From Thalia democratica (lineage: Eukaryota): a DNA stretch of 64,000 nt. This document shows positions 1-42,875 of this stretch, in pieces (the stretch's first letter is position 1; every line of letters begins with the position of its first letter). The notes below the pieces were generated by a model. It saw nothing but the letters and a program-made list of their open reading frames with translations. It ran no database searches and had not been told where the DNA came from. The DNA is taken from contig OZ241828.1 in assembly GCA_965202585.1 (NCBI GenBank), positions 51,460,001 through 51,524,000 on the forward strand, read 5' to 3'. The translations under genes were made by a program, and so were the position numbers.

Positions 1-808
1 AATAAGTGAATAAAAAGATGGGTGGATATTATGCAGGTAGGAATTGATCGCGGATGGGAATTGTAAGTATACCATTTTTTATGGTAAACATTTTAAACCA
101 AAAAAAAAAAACTTTAAGATAAAATTAATTAAAAAATAAGTATAAAGCTAACCAAATATAAATTTTAGATTAAAATAAAAGTAACCACTCATTAAAAAAA
201 CCATTACTGCCAATTTTAACTATGGCAACCATAGTCTATTATGGGCACCACTTCGTTTTCTCCCTAAAACTTCTAATTTATAATTATTTATGTTCACTTT
301 TGTGTAATCTAAATTATATTAAGAAACCTGATGATCTGGACGGTATGACGGTAGGATAGGAGCATTGCCGCCCGTTGCGCTTGTCGATTGGGTGTCTGCT
401 GAGCCTATGAACTGCTATGCTAATTAGTTTGGGTTTAGGTGCCTATTCTTAGCAACAAGATACATGTAACGAAACAAAAAAAATCAGAAAAAAGAGCTCC
501 GTCCGACAGTATCTCCTTTTTCGAAAAAAAACAATTTTCTGTTTTCCCTTTTGACGAGAGTAACTACAAAAATTGTTTGCTTGACTCTTTTACAGAACAG
601 GGAACTTACCGTACATGATATTTCTCCTTACATAAAAATTATTATTTAGTGTACTACTTAAAATTTCAATATAATTGATATAAAACTTTAGTACTTTTCT
701 TACTAGGCCTTCTAGATTATTTTATATAAATATTTAAAGTAGCATGAAAGGTACCCAATAGAGATGAAATAGAAATAGTTTTGATGATAATTAACTGATA
801 AAAAGCAT

Positions 809-30718
<29,910 letters not shown>

Positions 30719-33260
30719 TTTACACAAATTACCATCAACTTAGTTTCACACAATAAGTTGTGCTCCTTAAATTTATTTATAACTGAATAATCAGCAGTTT
30801 ATGATCTTTTTTCGCTATACAATCTACAATAACTACTTAATGTCTATACGCTCTGATATGCTAATACAATGTACATAATCATTATTTAAGTATTGCAGGA
30901 GGTTTAGTTAAGCAATTTAAAAAGTATCAATTAGTTCTTGTTAAGTTTATAATTACACCTGACGCCAATTTTGTGAAGATTCGGAAGCGTCATTTGTTTT
31001 CAGAACTTAAAGTAAACTTCAAATAACTCTATTTTTAACAAAATAATTATCTTAATAAAACTTATGCACTTCGACAGTAAAGAGCATTTAGTTAAACTAG
31101 TTTTTTATAAAAAAAAATTTTAAATTTTTTTTTTATAACTATAATTATTGTTCCCGTTAATATTTGGAAATAGCTTTTGATTATCAATTACAAAAATTTA
31201 AGTCAATTAAAACAAGTTTTTTAATTAGCATGCTATAGCTATTTTTTAATTGATTTGTATTTTCATGTTCGTTTGTGTTTTTTGCTTTAGTTTTTATCAC
31301 ATTTTGAACTCATTTAAATTTTATGTGGTGTTTTATTACTTATTCCATCCAATTTTGATAGAATTAATAATCTTACTTCACAACGTTTTAGTAAAACTAT
31401 TTTGATTTTAACAATCATAAAGGTAACTACAGTTTTTTTATTGCGTTTCGAATATCGAGTTACATAATAAACAAAAAAAAAGTTGTTAGTTTTTACTAAT
31501 TAAAATCATTACAACTATTTTTTGATTTCTAAAAAACTGTTGAGTTGTAGTAGTAACAAATAAATCCAATGTCTACATCAAATAAATAAACAAATACAAA
31601 ATAAGACCTTTATTGAATTTTTATGAAAATAAATATAAGTTAGTTTACTGTTAATAAAATTAAAACAGTATCAAGACAAGCAAACAAGCACTCATTGTTC
31701 TTACTACTTACAAAAAGTGTTTTTCTATAAAGTATCTTTATCTTACCCACCAAAGTTTATGCTGAAAGGCTAGACACTAAAGTACAATTTAAAACTCTGG
31801 TTAAGCTGGATAAATTACATGGGTCAACTACACGATAAGGCTTAATAACATTATTGTTTTGTCTAAGGTGATTTAGGGATATGTTTATTAAACTAAGCAT
31901 TTAATACAAGTTTTTGTTTTACTTTTTCAGTATATCAAAAAGTTTAAAACAAGTAATAAGCTTTAAATTTTTAATACGCTAAAGTAAACTGTTCTTATCA
32001 CGAGCGAGCTTTCCTTTTTTTTTCGAGTTCTAGTGCAAAAGCTTTATACCAAACTAGACTTAAATGTTAAAAATTTATTAATCGACTTGTACATAAATTA
32101 ATGTATGCTTTTATTTTACAAATTTTTATTTCAGATATGTATATGAAAATATTTTTTTGTAAAAGAACAATCAGTTATAGAATTTTTTAGCCTGTGAAAA
32201 AAAACAACTTTAAATATTGTTATATCTAGCTTTTGTAAAAGTTTGACTTTTAGTTCTAAAAAAGTACAAAGAAAAAATTAATTTTAACTGTTGGTAAATT
32301 AAATTGTACTTTTCTTTATTGACTTAAGTTAATGCATTTAAAAACTATATAAGCTTTTTAATACCCATTTTTGGTCTTAAGAACGATATTTTTTACTTAA
32401 ACAGTTTTTGTTTATCCTCAAATCGACAAAGCTTGCGCTTTAGTAGCTTTGAAATCAAAACGATGATTTTATTAAACATAAAGTGTTTTGCCGCGTAAAG
32501 ATTTAGATTTACTAATGTTAGTAAATGAAATAAAAAACTGGAAGTACACAAAGTAATCTACTAAACTTCTTTTCACCTACTAGATGTAACAAGTTCCGGT
32601 TAAAAAAAAACTTATAATTGTTATGTTTTCTTAGTTTTGTCGTTAATGATAAATATTAGTTATATATAAGATGTATAATCATGATAAAGAACAATTCAGC
32701 AATGATTGTTGTTGTGTACTAAAGTGTTTTTATACCTTTTTTAAATGATTGCATAAAGAAAGACCCATTTTATTCCATAATGTTATAGTTTTACAAAGAA
32801 TAACTTTTTTCTCAAAAGCATTCTTGTTGAAAAAAAAAGTTAATAGTAATGATTATGTTTATTGGGGGTATTTGTGTTATACATTTTATTTTTCATACCG
32901 CTAAAAAACTTGTTGGAAATATGCTAAAGGCAGCATTTCTTTTAAAACTAGTAAATTAAAAAAAAAAAACATTTTGAACAAAAATATCTGTATAAAATTC
33001 TTAACAAATGTTGTACTTTTTAAATCCTTGATACCAAAATTTATTACTAACTAAATCTATGTATAACTGTGTCGTTATTTCGAAGATTTGAATAGATATT
33101 TTCAAGTCTTAAATTAAAGAAGGAGAATTTAACGTTTGCTTAGTCAGTTTTTTTTTTGTAGACTGAAAACTAATGAACTAAATGTTAAAACTTTCAAAGT
33201 TGTTTAAAGTATAAGTCAGTAAATAATAAAAATGCTTAAAATTTTACCAATACTCTTATA

Positions 33261-33625
33261 TTTTTGTAACTATACAGAGAGTAGACAAAAAATCCTATAT
33301 GTTTTACATTTATACTTTTATTGAAAAAACGCAAAAATTCTTGCTTTTTAAATTAAAATACAAAGCTATTGGTCTACTTTTTACATTTTTATTGTAAGTT
33401 ACTGTAAATATTGAAGCCTTATTGACCATTATCTACACAAAGATAAACAAGATACACAATTGCGCTTAAAAATATTTTTTATAAGTAAAACAAAATCATT
33501 TTGTTCAAAAATTTACTTTAAGGAATTTTAGCGTGAATTTTTCTACTTTTTTAATACTTTTGCTCTAAAATGATGTTAATCAATGAAGTATCAGTTTTAA
33601 GAAAAATACTTTTTACCAGCTTAAC
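33261..33625 (+). repeat. Left arm of a ~365 bp inverted repeat pair (partner 44110-44477)
   Basis: TTCTACTTTTTTAATACTTTTGCTCTAAAATGATGTTAATCAATGAAGTATCAGTTTTAAG is the reverse complement of sequence at ~44135-44195. The match continues to TATACAGAGAGTAGACAAAAA. Also present in copy B (~52488-52864 and ~63706-64000). Confidence 0.85.
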
Positions 33626-33796
33626 AATTTATTAATAAAGCAAATTATTTTCATTTATGAACTGTTTATTTTATGTTGTTCATTAAAATCATTATTTTCA
33701 TATCCAAATCTGATCACATTTAAAACTCTCTCACAACTCACCACTCATCATCACTATCAACCACACTCTCACGCTTTTTCGTTGTCCACATTGCAT

Positions 33797-36721
33797 TCAT
33801 TTTTTCAAAGGTTCGCTACCGCTCACACTGTCACAATCACTCTCACAATCACTCTCACAGTCACTCTCACAATCACTGTCACAATCACTCTCACAATCAC
33901 TCTCACCATCACTCTCACAATAACTATCACTCTCACAATCACTCTCACAATCACTCTCACAGTCACTCTCACAATCACTCTCGCTATCACAATCACTCTC
34001 ATTGTCACAATCACTCTCGCTTTCAATGTCTGTCTCATCAACTCTTATCTTAAACAAGTCCCACTGGCTCTCGCAAGAATCTTGTATCTTGATAGAACTC
34101 TCGCATACATCTACACGGTTGCTTTCACTGTCTTTCATGCTTTCTGTTCCAAAAAGAGTTTTGACCTTAAAGCTTCCCACCTCATTGCTTTCCTTTTCAT
34201 TGAAACTCTCCGGTTCAACAGCAGGTTTTTTATAACGGCTCTGCCTTTCACCAGTTTCATCACCATCACAATCTCTGAGACTTTTTAACTCATCACCTTC
34301 ATTATCGTCGTCATCAGAGTGTTCTTCTTCACCATCGCAACTATCACTATTATCATCACTACTCTCTTCCTCTGGAGCCATCATATAACTGTCGCTCAAG
34401 CAAAGATCTGTGTAATTCAAATAGCAATTAAGTTACCAACTTGTTATAACTTTCGATTAACAAAACAGCGTATTGAATATGTTGTTGAGAAGTTTATGAA
34501 AACACGTTAAAAAATTATTAATTTAAAATACTACTTACCGTGGAGTGTAAAGTGAGGAATTTTATCTACATAGATCGTCGTGGATTCTATTGACTCTGCT
34601 TCTGTAAAAGATATTATAGTAATTTACGAAACTTAAGTTTGTAAACATTTTAGTTTGTTCTGTTAGGGACGTTTCTTGAATATGCTGCAGTGTTACAAAT
34701 TTAAAATAAGTTTTTAGTTTGTTTTTACGTTGTATTTTATTTTTTTCGTTTAATGAACTTAAAAAAGAGTTGATTACTGTAAGTCGTAACCGTTATATGT
34801 TGAAAATTCATGACTTGTTCTTACAAAACATTCTGTTAAAAGTAAGAAAAAAGGTTATTAAATAGTTTAACTTATAAAAAAAATGTAAAAATGTTTTAAA
34901 GATATACCTTCAACGGATCCGTGTTCATTTTCCGCTGCTGTTTTAATCTGATCTTCATCTTCTTCAGCAGAAGTTTCTTCATCTTCTTCAGCAGACGTTT
35001 CTTTATTTTCTTCAGCAGAACTTTCTTCATTTTCTTCAGCAGAACTTTCTTCGTTTTCTTCAGCAGAACTCTTTTCGTTTTCTTCAGCAGAAGTTTCTTC
35101 AGTAGAAGTTTCTTCAGCAAAAAATTTCTCTAGTAAAAAGGCAGCAATTTTTCTACGAACGCTCCTTGCAACTTTGATAAAAGCATCAGCCTAATTTGTT
35201 TGAAAAGTATTGTTAATAAACATTTGCAGTTAAAAGTGCAGCAATATAAAGTTAATGATTGATGTGTTAAAGTATGTCTAAAAAGTTATTATCTTTAAAC
35301 TATTTCAACTATGTTTTAAATTTTTTTAAATGTTTATACTATAAAAAGTAACTGAAAATTGAAATATGTTTTTCATTTAAAATGTTATTATAAAGAACAG
35401 TAGTGTATCAAAACAATAAGAAAGTTTGTCAGTCTAACATTTTTGGAAAAAACACATACACCATTGTTTAAAGGCAAATTCTCATCAATTGTATAATTTT
35501 AAGTGAAAAACTAAAAACTTACCAACAAAAGAACAACTTTGCTAAGAACATGAAATGAGATCGTGTTCAGTTTTTTAACGGAAATAGTGAACCAATGCTT
35601 TACAGTTTGCAGCTTAGATACAACCAAGATGAAATAAAAAGGAGATACACTTGCTATAATTATCAAAGATTTTGCTATCAGCTGAAAAATTTTGTGAAAA
35701 CCAGAAGCACAACGTTGAAAAATATACTTTAGTGCGACAATCAAAGCAGCAAACCTGTATTTAAAATATTTCTATTGTTTTTAATGATAACTAATATTGT
35801 TAGTTACTTCTAAAAACGATAGTTTATTTACTTTTTGAACTCAATGCAGTAAAATTAAATGTCTTGTACCAATACATCTAATACTGTATGGTCACTGAGT
35901 TATTTTTGTAATTATATAATAGAAATAATAACACTTAAGTATAACTTAATTTCAATTTTTCATACTATTTAGTTCTCTGTATGCTAACTTTGGCAAAAAA
36001 AGTAAATGGAAAATAATAACTAGTTAAATAAGGACCATAATATGTTTTTTAAACTATGCTAAGAGTTTTGTCTGAAATTAGTAAATAGTCTGAGACTCTG
36101 AAGTTCTAATAAAGATATTAAAATATTTGTTGTGCCTATTTCCAAAGGTTAACGCTAGTATTTTACAAACTGTTTTTTTTTTGGCTATTAATTTTTTTTA
36201 AATAGTCTATACGCAGGAGGTGAAAAAATTCTTGATTTAATTGTTTTATTATTGAATAGTTTTGATGTCAAATTTTACGTTATAATTAACTATTATAATA
36301 TAGTATTTTATATAAAAATGTTTACTAACAAGTATTTTGCTGCTATCTTTGCCAAAGAGAATTCAACTATCGTGAGGAGTTCCGAGCCTAGATAAAACTT
36401 TTCTGCAATTTTTACTCTTTTCTGTCCGTATATTGTATTTATCTGACCAATGATCGTCTTTTTTTCTTCCTTTGGTTCAGGTAAGATCCATTTTTTTATT
36501 TTATCTAAGAACTTGTCGTTGCTTTCTTCGGGTTTCTCAACGAACCCTTCCAAAAAGTCTACTACTTTTTTTTCGTATGTCACTGATTTGTCTATGTTGT
36601 CAATAACCTCAACTTCTATCATAGTATTATTCTTTACTATGCTTAAGATCAATTTTGTACTTATGATGCACAATGAGCACAAAAATAGTGCTTGAAGTAT
36701 TTTTTTCTTCATAACCGGCAT
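33797..36721 (-). CDS. Uncharacterised hydrophobic protein with acidic Ser/Glu/Asp/Cys repeat tail, copy A (526 aa, C-terminus frameshifted)
   Basis: Exons 36721-36330, 35754-35523, 35190-34908, 34601-34539, 34407-33797. GT-AG sites and phases 2,0,1,1 chain into one ORF. N-terminal hydrophobic stretch ILQALFLCSLCIISTKLILSIV, further hydrophobic segments in exon 2, then SAEE and ESDC repeats. Structure is conserved in copy B. Confidence 0.8.
33828..34020 (-). repeat. Coding 12-bp minisatellite, (ESDC)n, copy A
   Basis: GAGAGTGATTGT units on the minus strand, within the last exon of the acidic gene. Confidence 0.95.
34955..35115 (-). repeat. Coding 24-bp minisatellite, six (T/S)SAEExEE-type units, copy A
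   Basis: ACTTCTGCTGAAGAAAATGAAGAA-like units in exon 3. Confidence 0.92.
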
Positions 36722-36912
36722 TCTGATTACTAAAAAATATATGTAATCTTACTATTTTATATTTTCAACCAAAATATAAAACAACGTCATAATTAGTTTA
36801 GTAACTATAATGTGTATTTTAGAAAAATATTTGTTTAAATTACTGTTAAGTATAGAAAATGATTTTTTTTTATATAATAAATTCAAATAATTTATTTAAT
36901 TAAATACTAGAA

Positions 36913-38197
36913 CAGGGGTCGGCAGGCGGAAGGTACTCGGGGGTCAAATTTCGAATTTGAAATATGTTCGGGGGCCGTAGTTTTAGTCAGACATTTTAAA
37001 TTATTTAGTTTTAAACAGTCTAATACTTGAGTCTAAGTTATATATGTATATAGGGCTTATTATTAAAAGATAAAAGTGCGCTTTTTGTCTTAATGAACTC
37101 ACTATGTATCCAACTAACTATTAATTTCATACTTGGTAATTTAAGTACTTAACTACCACCTACTAGCACAAAACTAAGTTTTTTTACTTTAAAAAAAATC
37201 TATAGTTTTGCTCAAAATTTAAAGATATCTTCAATAGGATTGTTTATATTAAGTTCAGTATATACTTAAAAACGTTTGAGAAAAGTTTTTTAAAAACTTT
37301 AGGAGAATATATATTTCAATTTAATAGTCTTTTAATTGCCTTTTTAATTTGGCCTTCCTATAATGAATCTATTGAGTTCTCCGACTTTGTACCCTGATAT
37401 CTCAAAAACTAGTATGAATTTTACAAAACGGTAAAAAGTAACTGTAAGCTAAGTTAAAGATCTGTAAATAAGATTAACATGTAAAATAAGTGCTTCCCCC
37501 CAATGGTCTTAATATACATGACAATTAATAATATAATAACTTAAATATTAATTTAAAAACTTGAAAAAATAAAATAATTGATCTTATATTATTATCTATT
37601 CATAATGATGTTTTTACTCTTTCTTTAAAAATCAACTATTAAATGCAGTGAAAAAGTTTTTTGATGAAGAGCTACAAATAAATTAATTGTTCAGCAAAAC
37701 ACTTAGTGTGATTAAAGAAGTACCTTTTTATTTAAATACTGTGCAAAGGTTGAAATTACATTGGAAACTACTAAAATGTGCATTAATGAGAATTATTCAA
37801 TAAGTACTAATCTCATAACTTACGAAATCCAAGAATAGCCCAAGCAAATTAAAAGCATTTTAACAGAAACTTTAGATCAACAGAAGCAGGAAAGACCCCA
37901 ATGTTTCTACTGTGAAGAAAATCTCATAAATGTACAATCTGTCTTTTTAATTTTTAAGTTTAAGCGGTAAAAATATTATTTTATATAACGTACAAAATAT
38001 AGAATAATTCAAAATACAGAACTTTAACCAAAAAAATCAACTTATAATTAAATTATTAGTGTGCCGCAACAACATGCTCGCCTCAGAATTACCTTTTGCG
38101 GGCCGCATCCCATTAAAACTAAAAAACTGCTCGCGGGCCGCAGATTTACTCTTCGAGGGCCACATGCGGCTCGCGGGCCACGTGTTGCCGACCCCTG
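36913..38197. mobile_element. Non-autonomous hAT-type DNA transposon, copy A
   Basis: TIRs CAGGGGTCGGCA / TGCCGACCCCTG, subterminal GCGGGCC motifs, 8-bp target duplication tactagaa / gactagga (gactagaa / gactagga in copy B). No transposase ORF. Confidence 0.88.
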
Positions 38198-39006
38198 GAC
38201 TAGGAAATAAAAACCAATACAAAAGTTGTGCTATAGTTTATAAATTAGTTCAGGAGTCAGCAAACTGCTGCCTGTGGGCCACATTATTTTTTTTTATTAA
38301 TTCATTACAAGTTTGCTACTTTAAAATTTTGCTTTTCAGCTTCATGATTTTTAATTAGTCAGTCTAAAATAACCTTTTATTTTAACAAAAATGCTCATAA
38401 AATGTGTTTTTAAGTAGTTGCCAATCTTTATTTTATGTCATAGAAAATAACTATGTACAAACTCTTTAAAAGTTTGCAAATCCAAGTTTATACTTTTAAA
38501 CCAATTAATTTACCATACTTAAGAAGACATTCTTAAGTATGCGACTCGATAACCGAAAGGTTTTTCGTACAACAGGACCTAAAACCAAATATTTTGAGTG
38601 ATTATTGTCGTTTAATGAACAGTAATAAAATATAAACAAACTGTATTAGCTCGAAAATTTTGCGTAGAATTTTTTTAAATTTAGATATATATAGATTTTT
38701 TAAATTGGCTTCTAAATTTATGTTGTTGCAAACAATACTGCAAAACCTTCAAAATTTCTGTATTATGAACACTTTAAAAACTGGTTGTTCTTATTTTTTA
38801 AGAATTTACAAATTCGGTTTGATATAAAAGGGTAATATTTTATGTTGTGCTTAAAATTGTGTACAACTTTACTCTGTAAAAGATAACAGGCTTTACAAAA
38901 AGCTGTAACAAATCAATTTCTTAGTGACCAATACCAACAAATGACCGATTCATGATTTATCGTAACAACCCGTTTGTAGATTGATAACTACAATTCATTC
39001 AGTTGT

Positions 39007-39049
39007 GACTGACTGATGAATCCTAATCAGGACGAAACCGGTCTCAGTC
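39007..39049 (+). ncRNA. Minimal type I hammerhead ribozyme, copy A
   Basis: GACTGA CTGATGA A-TCCT-AATC-AGGA-C GAAAC CG GTC^ TCAGTC. 6-bp stem I, palindromic stem III ACCGGT, A-C mismatch at the base of stem II. Confidence 0.8.
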
Positions 39050-42000
39050 CACCGAAGGCTTGTGGTCTGATGATCGAGATGATCAAACCTTGTTAACTCG
39101 TTCAATTCTATTTATCACTAAAGTAAAAGTAGCTTTTTTGCTAAAGTAAAAAATCTGATAAAGAAAGTATTATTAATTTTTATTATATAAAGTTGTTTTT
39201 ATAAAAACTTTTAAACTCTATATACAATTTTTTTAACTCTAGAAAATTTTTAAGTCTATATAGGGTTTCTCAAAAAGGCTATATTGCCTCTTTTATAAGT
39301 TGGGACCAATAACTAGTAAGGGAAGCAAAGGGAATGCAGCTATTTTAAGTTTTTTGGCAGTTGTAGAATAATTAATGAACTTAACTTACACTACACATTC
39401 TGAGGTTTGTAATGAAGAGTGAAAAAAGGTCACCCTGTTACTAAAACTACAACTGATAACGCGAATATTTTTATTTTCTAGACCGAAAAAACAAAACGCC
39501 TTCAGATCCCAGTCCCTTTTGTTGTTAAATTAAAATTAACGTAAGTGTGTTTCCGTTGATTAAAAAAATCCGAAAACTTTGACATTTTCTAAAATGAGTT
39601 TTTATAGACGTTAATTTAAATTTATCAAAGTATTTTTCTATATGAAGTAGTAATGCTATCGGATTTTAAAAGTAAAAAACATATCATAAAAACAATTTTT
39701 GTAAATAGAAGTACTCTTAAATTATTAAAAATAAATAAATAAATAATGTAAAAACTTAACGATCTATTTTAGTATTGCTACCCACACTCAAATAAACAGT
39801 GGTTTAAAAAATTGTTTCTTACTAAAAAACAGTTTACTTGTCAAAAACGGAATCTTTTTTTATTAAAAATATTTATTATTTTATCAATTTTTATAGTAAA
39901 TGCATATGTTTTGTTGTTAGAAACTTATTTTGCGCGAAAAAAGGCAAATCTAGGAATGGGCAATGTAAGGCCTGCTAATGCTTACTAATTTAAAGTGGAA
40001 TCCGGTCAGCAAAAGGAAAAGCTTCTCTCTGCAATCATGTAAATATGATCTGGATACCAAGTTTTGAAACTTAAACTAGATATAGTAGTTAAAAAAATTC
40101 ACTTAGAATAAGTATTTAGTCGAAGTTAATTGGGTAATTTAGTAATTTTGGTGAATTATAACAAATCAAAATGCCCACAAAGGACTAAATTTTTTCACAT
40201 CTAACCTGCCGACTAAATTCTTTGCCCGCCTATAATGTAAGTTAAGAATGTAAGTTCTTATAAATGTTACATTATATGTATTATTTTTGTTAGCTTTAAC
40301 TTTTACAATATTATATTTATGACTTACCATAAGTTAATTACAAGAAACTTTAAAAAATTGATGTTTTCTAAACTTATTTAAAAAAAGCTTCAAGCTTTTT
40401 TATGACATTAAAACTAACACTCTTTTTGTTTCATTAAAACTAAGTTGTTGAGATATAAAAACACTTTAGTTTTTTGTTGCCAAATCTAAACGTTTAATTT
40501 TTTTGTACATGCAAATGTCAAGTTTATCAAGTTATTAGTCATATAAAAACTTTAGAGCTTAGATTTTTTTTAATTTATAACAAGTTTTGCAAAAATGTCC
40601 TGAACTCATCTATTTTAATTTTAAAACAGCTGTTAGATGAGTTGCAGATAATCAATTGCTCTTGTAAAAATAACGTTATTACAGTTTTTTCTTACACTTT
40701 TTAAAAATTTAATATAAGTTTACAAACCATTGAAAAAATAAAAATGGCTGTTAAATTTGGTCTTGAAAACTTTTGTTCATTTAATCTGCTAAGATTTTTT
40801 TCTGCTGTGACATACGTTTTAACTTAATTAAACATCAAATTTGACAAAAGCAATTTGAAGGTTTTTACAATAAAAGTTTAGAAAGAACTCTGACTCTTAC
40901 CTATATTTGTTAAATTTAGATGTTTTATTAAAACTTTTGTCCGCAAAGGTTGGTCTTTCAATGTGTTCCTTATAAAAGGCTACCAACATTTAATCTATCC
41001 TGTAACTATAAAATATAGATGATAGCTTTTAGACTTTAAGTACATTATGTTTATACGTTTTATGTATACACGTCCTGGACATGACGTAAAACTGTTCTGG
41101 TGTATGACTCGATAACCGAAAGGTTTTTTCGTGCACCAGGTCCTTGGACCAAACTTTTTGAGCGTTTTTTGTCGTTCAATAAACAATATATACACTTTGA
41201 TCGCTAACTCTAATCTATTTTTTACGAAAAAATTACTTGTTAAGTTTTAATTTTTAATTTTTAATTTTCAATTTTTAACAAATAGTACTATAAATTTAAT
41301 TAAAAACTATTCAAATTAAAATAAAGCAGTAAAAAAAACTTTAAGTATTTATATTTAGTCTAAATGCTTTATTCAAACTTACAAACATCATTTTAGACTA
41401 CGGCTGGGTAACTTTTCTGGTGAGCGGGTCAGATTTACTAAATAAAGTCTTTTGAGGGCTGGACTTGTTAAAATGTTCTTACAAGCCACATAATAAGAAG
41501 AAAATTGATATCATATAAAGTTTTAAAATTTTTTAAAAGAAAACTATATTAAAATAGTTTTTGAATAATCACTATAGTGTACTTAAAAACTAAGTTTCAT
41601 AATATTTTTTATAAAAAGTCTCAGTTTTATTTGTTATACATTACTTTTTTTAATTTGTTCTGAATTTAAAGTTTTAGTTTTCCTTATATGTTTATGTTGT
41701 AAAGTTTGTTAAATATAATATTAGTTTTTCAAACGTCTTTTTATGTATACCAACGAATAAAAATCATGTAACTTGTTAGATTATTAAGTAAAATAAGTTA
41801 TGAGGTACATAAATACATTTTTCTGAGTGGTTTTACATAGAGAACTGTATTGAGACATTTAAAAGTGTAAATCAATTATTGAAATCTAATTAAGCTTGCT
41901 TTAAAATCTGACTTTCTTCAAATCAAGTTAAGAATAAGAAAGATAATCTGAAAGATAATGGTTATAATTTAGAAAGATAATCTAGTCTATATAGTTGTTT

Positions 42001-42588
42001 TAGTATTACAAAATTAAATGAAAGATGTCTAAATTACTGATTATACGTTATAAGGGATCGACATTTTTGTCTTTTTTCTTAAAGGTTTTTAAAAGTAAAT
42101 CATTTAAATGAATATAATTTTTTAAAGTTTATTATGAAATTTTTACTTAACGTATATTTAGTTTATACACTTTTTTAAACAGATTCATGTCACTTACAAT
42201 TTTTGTTAAACTATAGTTATTGATTGTTCAGTATACAAATAAAGTAAATACTTCAAAGTTAAAATTTTTAAGTATAATAAATTAATACTTTAGTAAATTA
42301 ATGTTTAGTGCATAAAAAACTGTAATGCATATTTAAGATAATTTAAAGTATAATTTGAAAAGCTATCTAACAAGTAATTAATATTTAGTTTATATACAAT
42401 TAGACTATAAAATATCTTTAATGTAAAAACTTTGTTTTTCCTTTTTTGCTGGAAAATAGTAAATAAGCATTAAAACTGTAAATATATGTAAATCATAATT
42501 AACTATAAACAGTAAATTTTAGTTACTTATTTTCTTATTAAACTATAAGCTTTAAGTCAACACATTAAATTTTCAGTTTTTTAAATGG

Positions 42589-42875
42589 AAGCCTCATCGC
42601 TACCGTCCAGGAACATTTGCTCTTCGCGTGATCCGCAGACCCCAGAAGTCAACTGAGCTCTTTATCTACAAGCTGCCCTTTCAGCGCCTCGTTAGTGAAA
42701 TCGCTCAGGACTTCAAGATGGATCTGCGTTTCCAGAGTGCTACGATCGGTGCACTTCAAGAAACTACTGAAGTTTACTGGTGAAGTCTTTACAAAGACAC
42801 TAATTCGTGTGGCATCCATGCAAAGAGAGTGACATTTACCAAAATGTATAAAGCATCTGAGGAGAAATAGCCTGA
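42589..42875 (+). pseudogene. H3.3: Histone H3.3-derived 5'-truncated pseudogene, copy A
   Basis: Translates [58 protein letters not shown], then an in-frame TGA and a later deletion, ending atc tga gga gaa ata gcc tga (decayed IRGERA-stop). QSATIG resembles H3.3 QSAAIG rather than canonical QSSAVM. No N-terminal tail, no intron. Confidence 0.92.

Noticed and set aside
328-412. Possible C/D-box snoRNA (TGATGA..CTGA) or hammerhead start
   Set aside because: No terminal stem, no GAAA core partner and no recognisable rRNA or snRNA guide.
33782-34288. Plus-strand (TLTI)n ORF and alternative-frame (VIVR)n and (HSHN)n ORFs, also at 53015-53588
   Set aside because: They are by-products of a stop-free 12-bp repeat. 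Only the ESDC frame connects to splice sites and upstream exons.
33828-35115. CRISPR-like regular repeats
   Set aside because: The units are contiguous with no unique spacers, lie in eukaryotic coding exons, and have no cas genes.
34896-35133. Lys/Leu-rich (MLKKLLLKK..) and Phe-rich ORFs, also at 54194-54503
   Set aside because: They are alternative frames of the 24-bp repeat. The spliced frame is the Glu-rich one.
38037-38358. ORFs over the right end of the hAT element
   Set aside because: This is GC-rich subterminal sequence with no transposase motifs.
39482-39540. Possible isolated exon TEKTKRLQIPVPFVVKLKL with TAG/GTAAGT
   Set aside because: The acceptor is mutated in copy B (TTG), there are no partner exons, and there is no recognisable homology.
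42586-42783. Functional tailless H3 variant
   Set aside because: The nearby ATG is out of frame with the histone fold, there is an in-frame TGA in helix 2 and a deletion near the C-terminus, and many conserved residues are altered.
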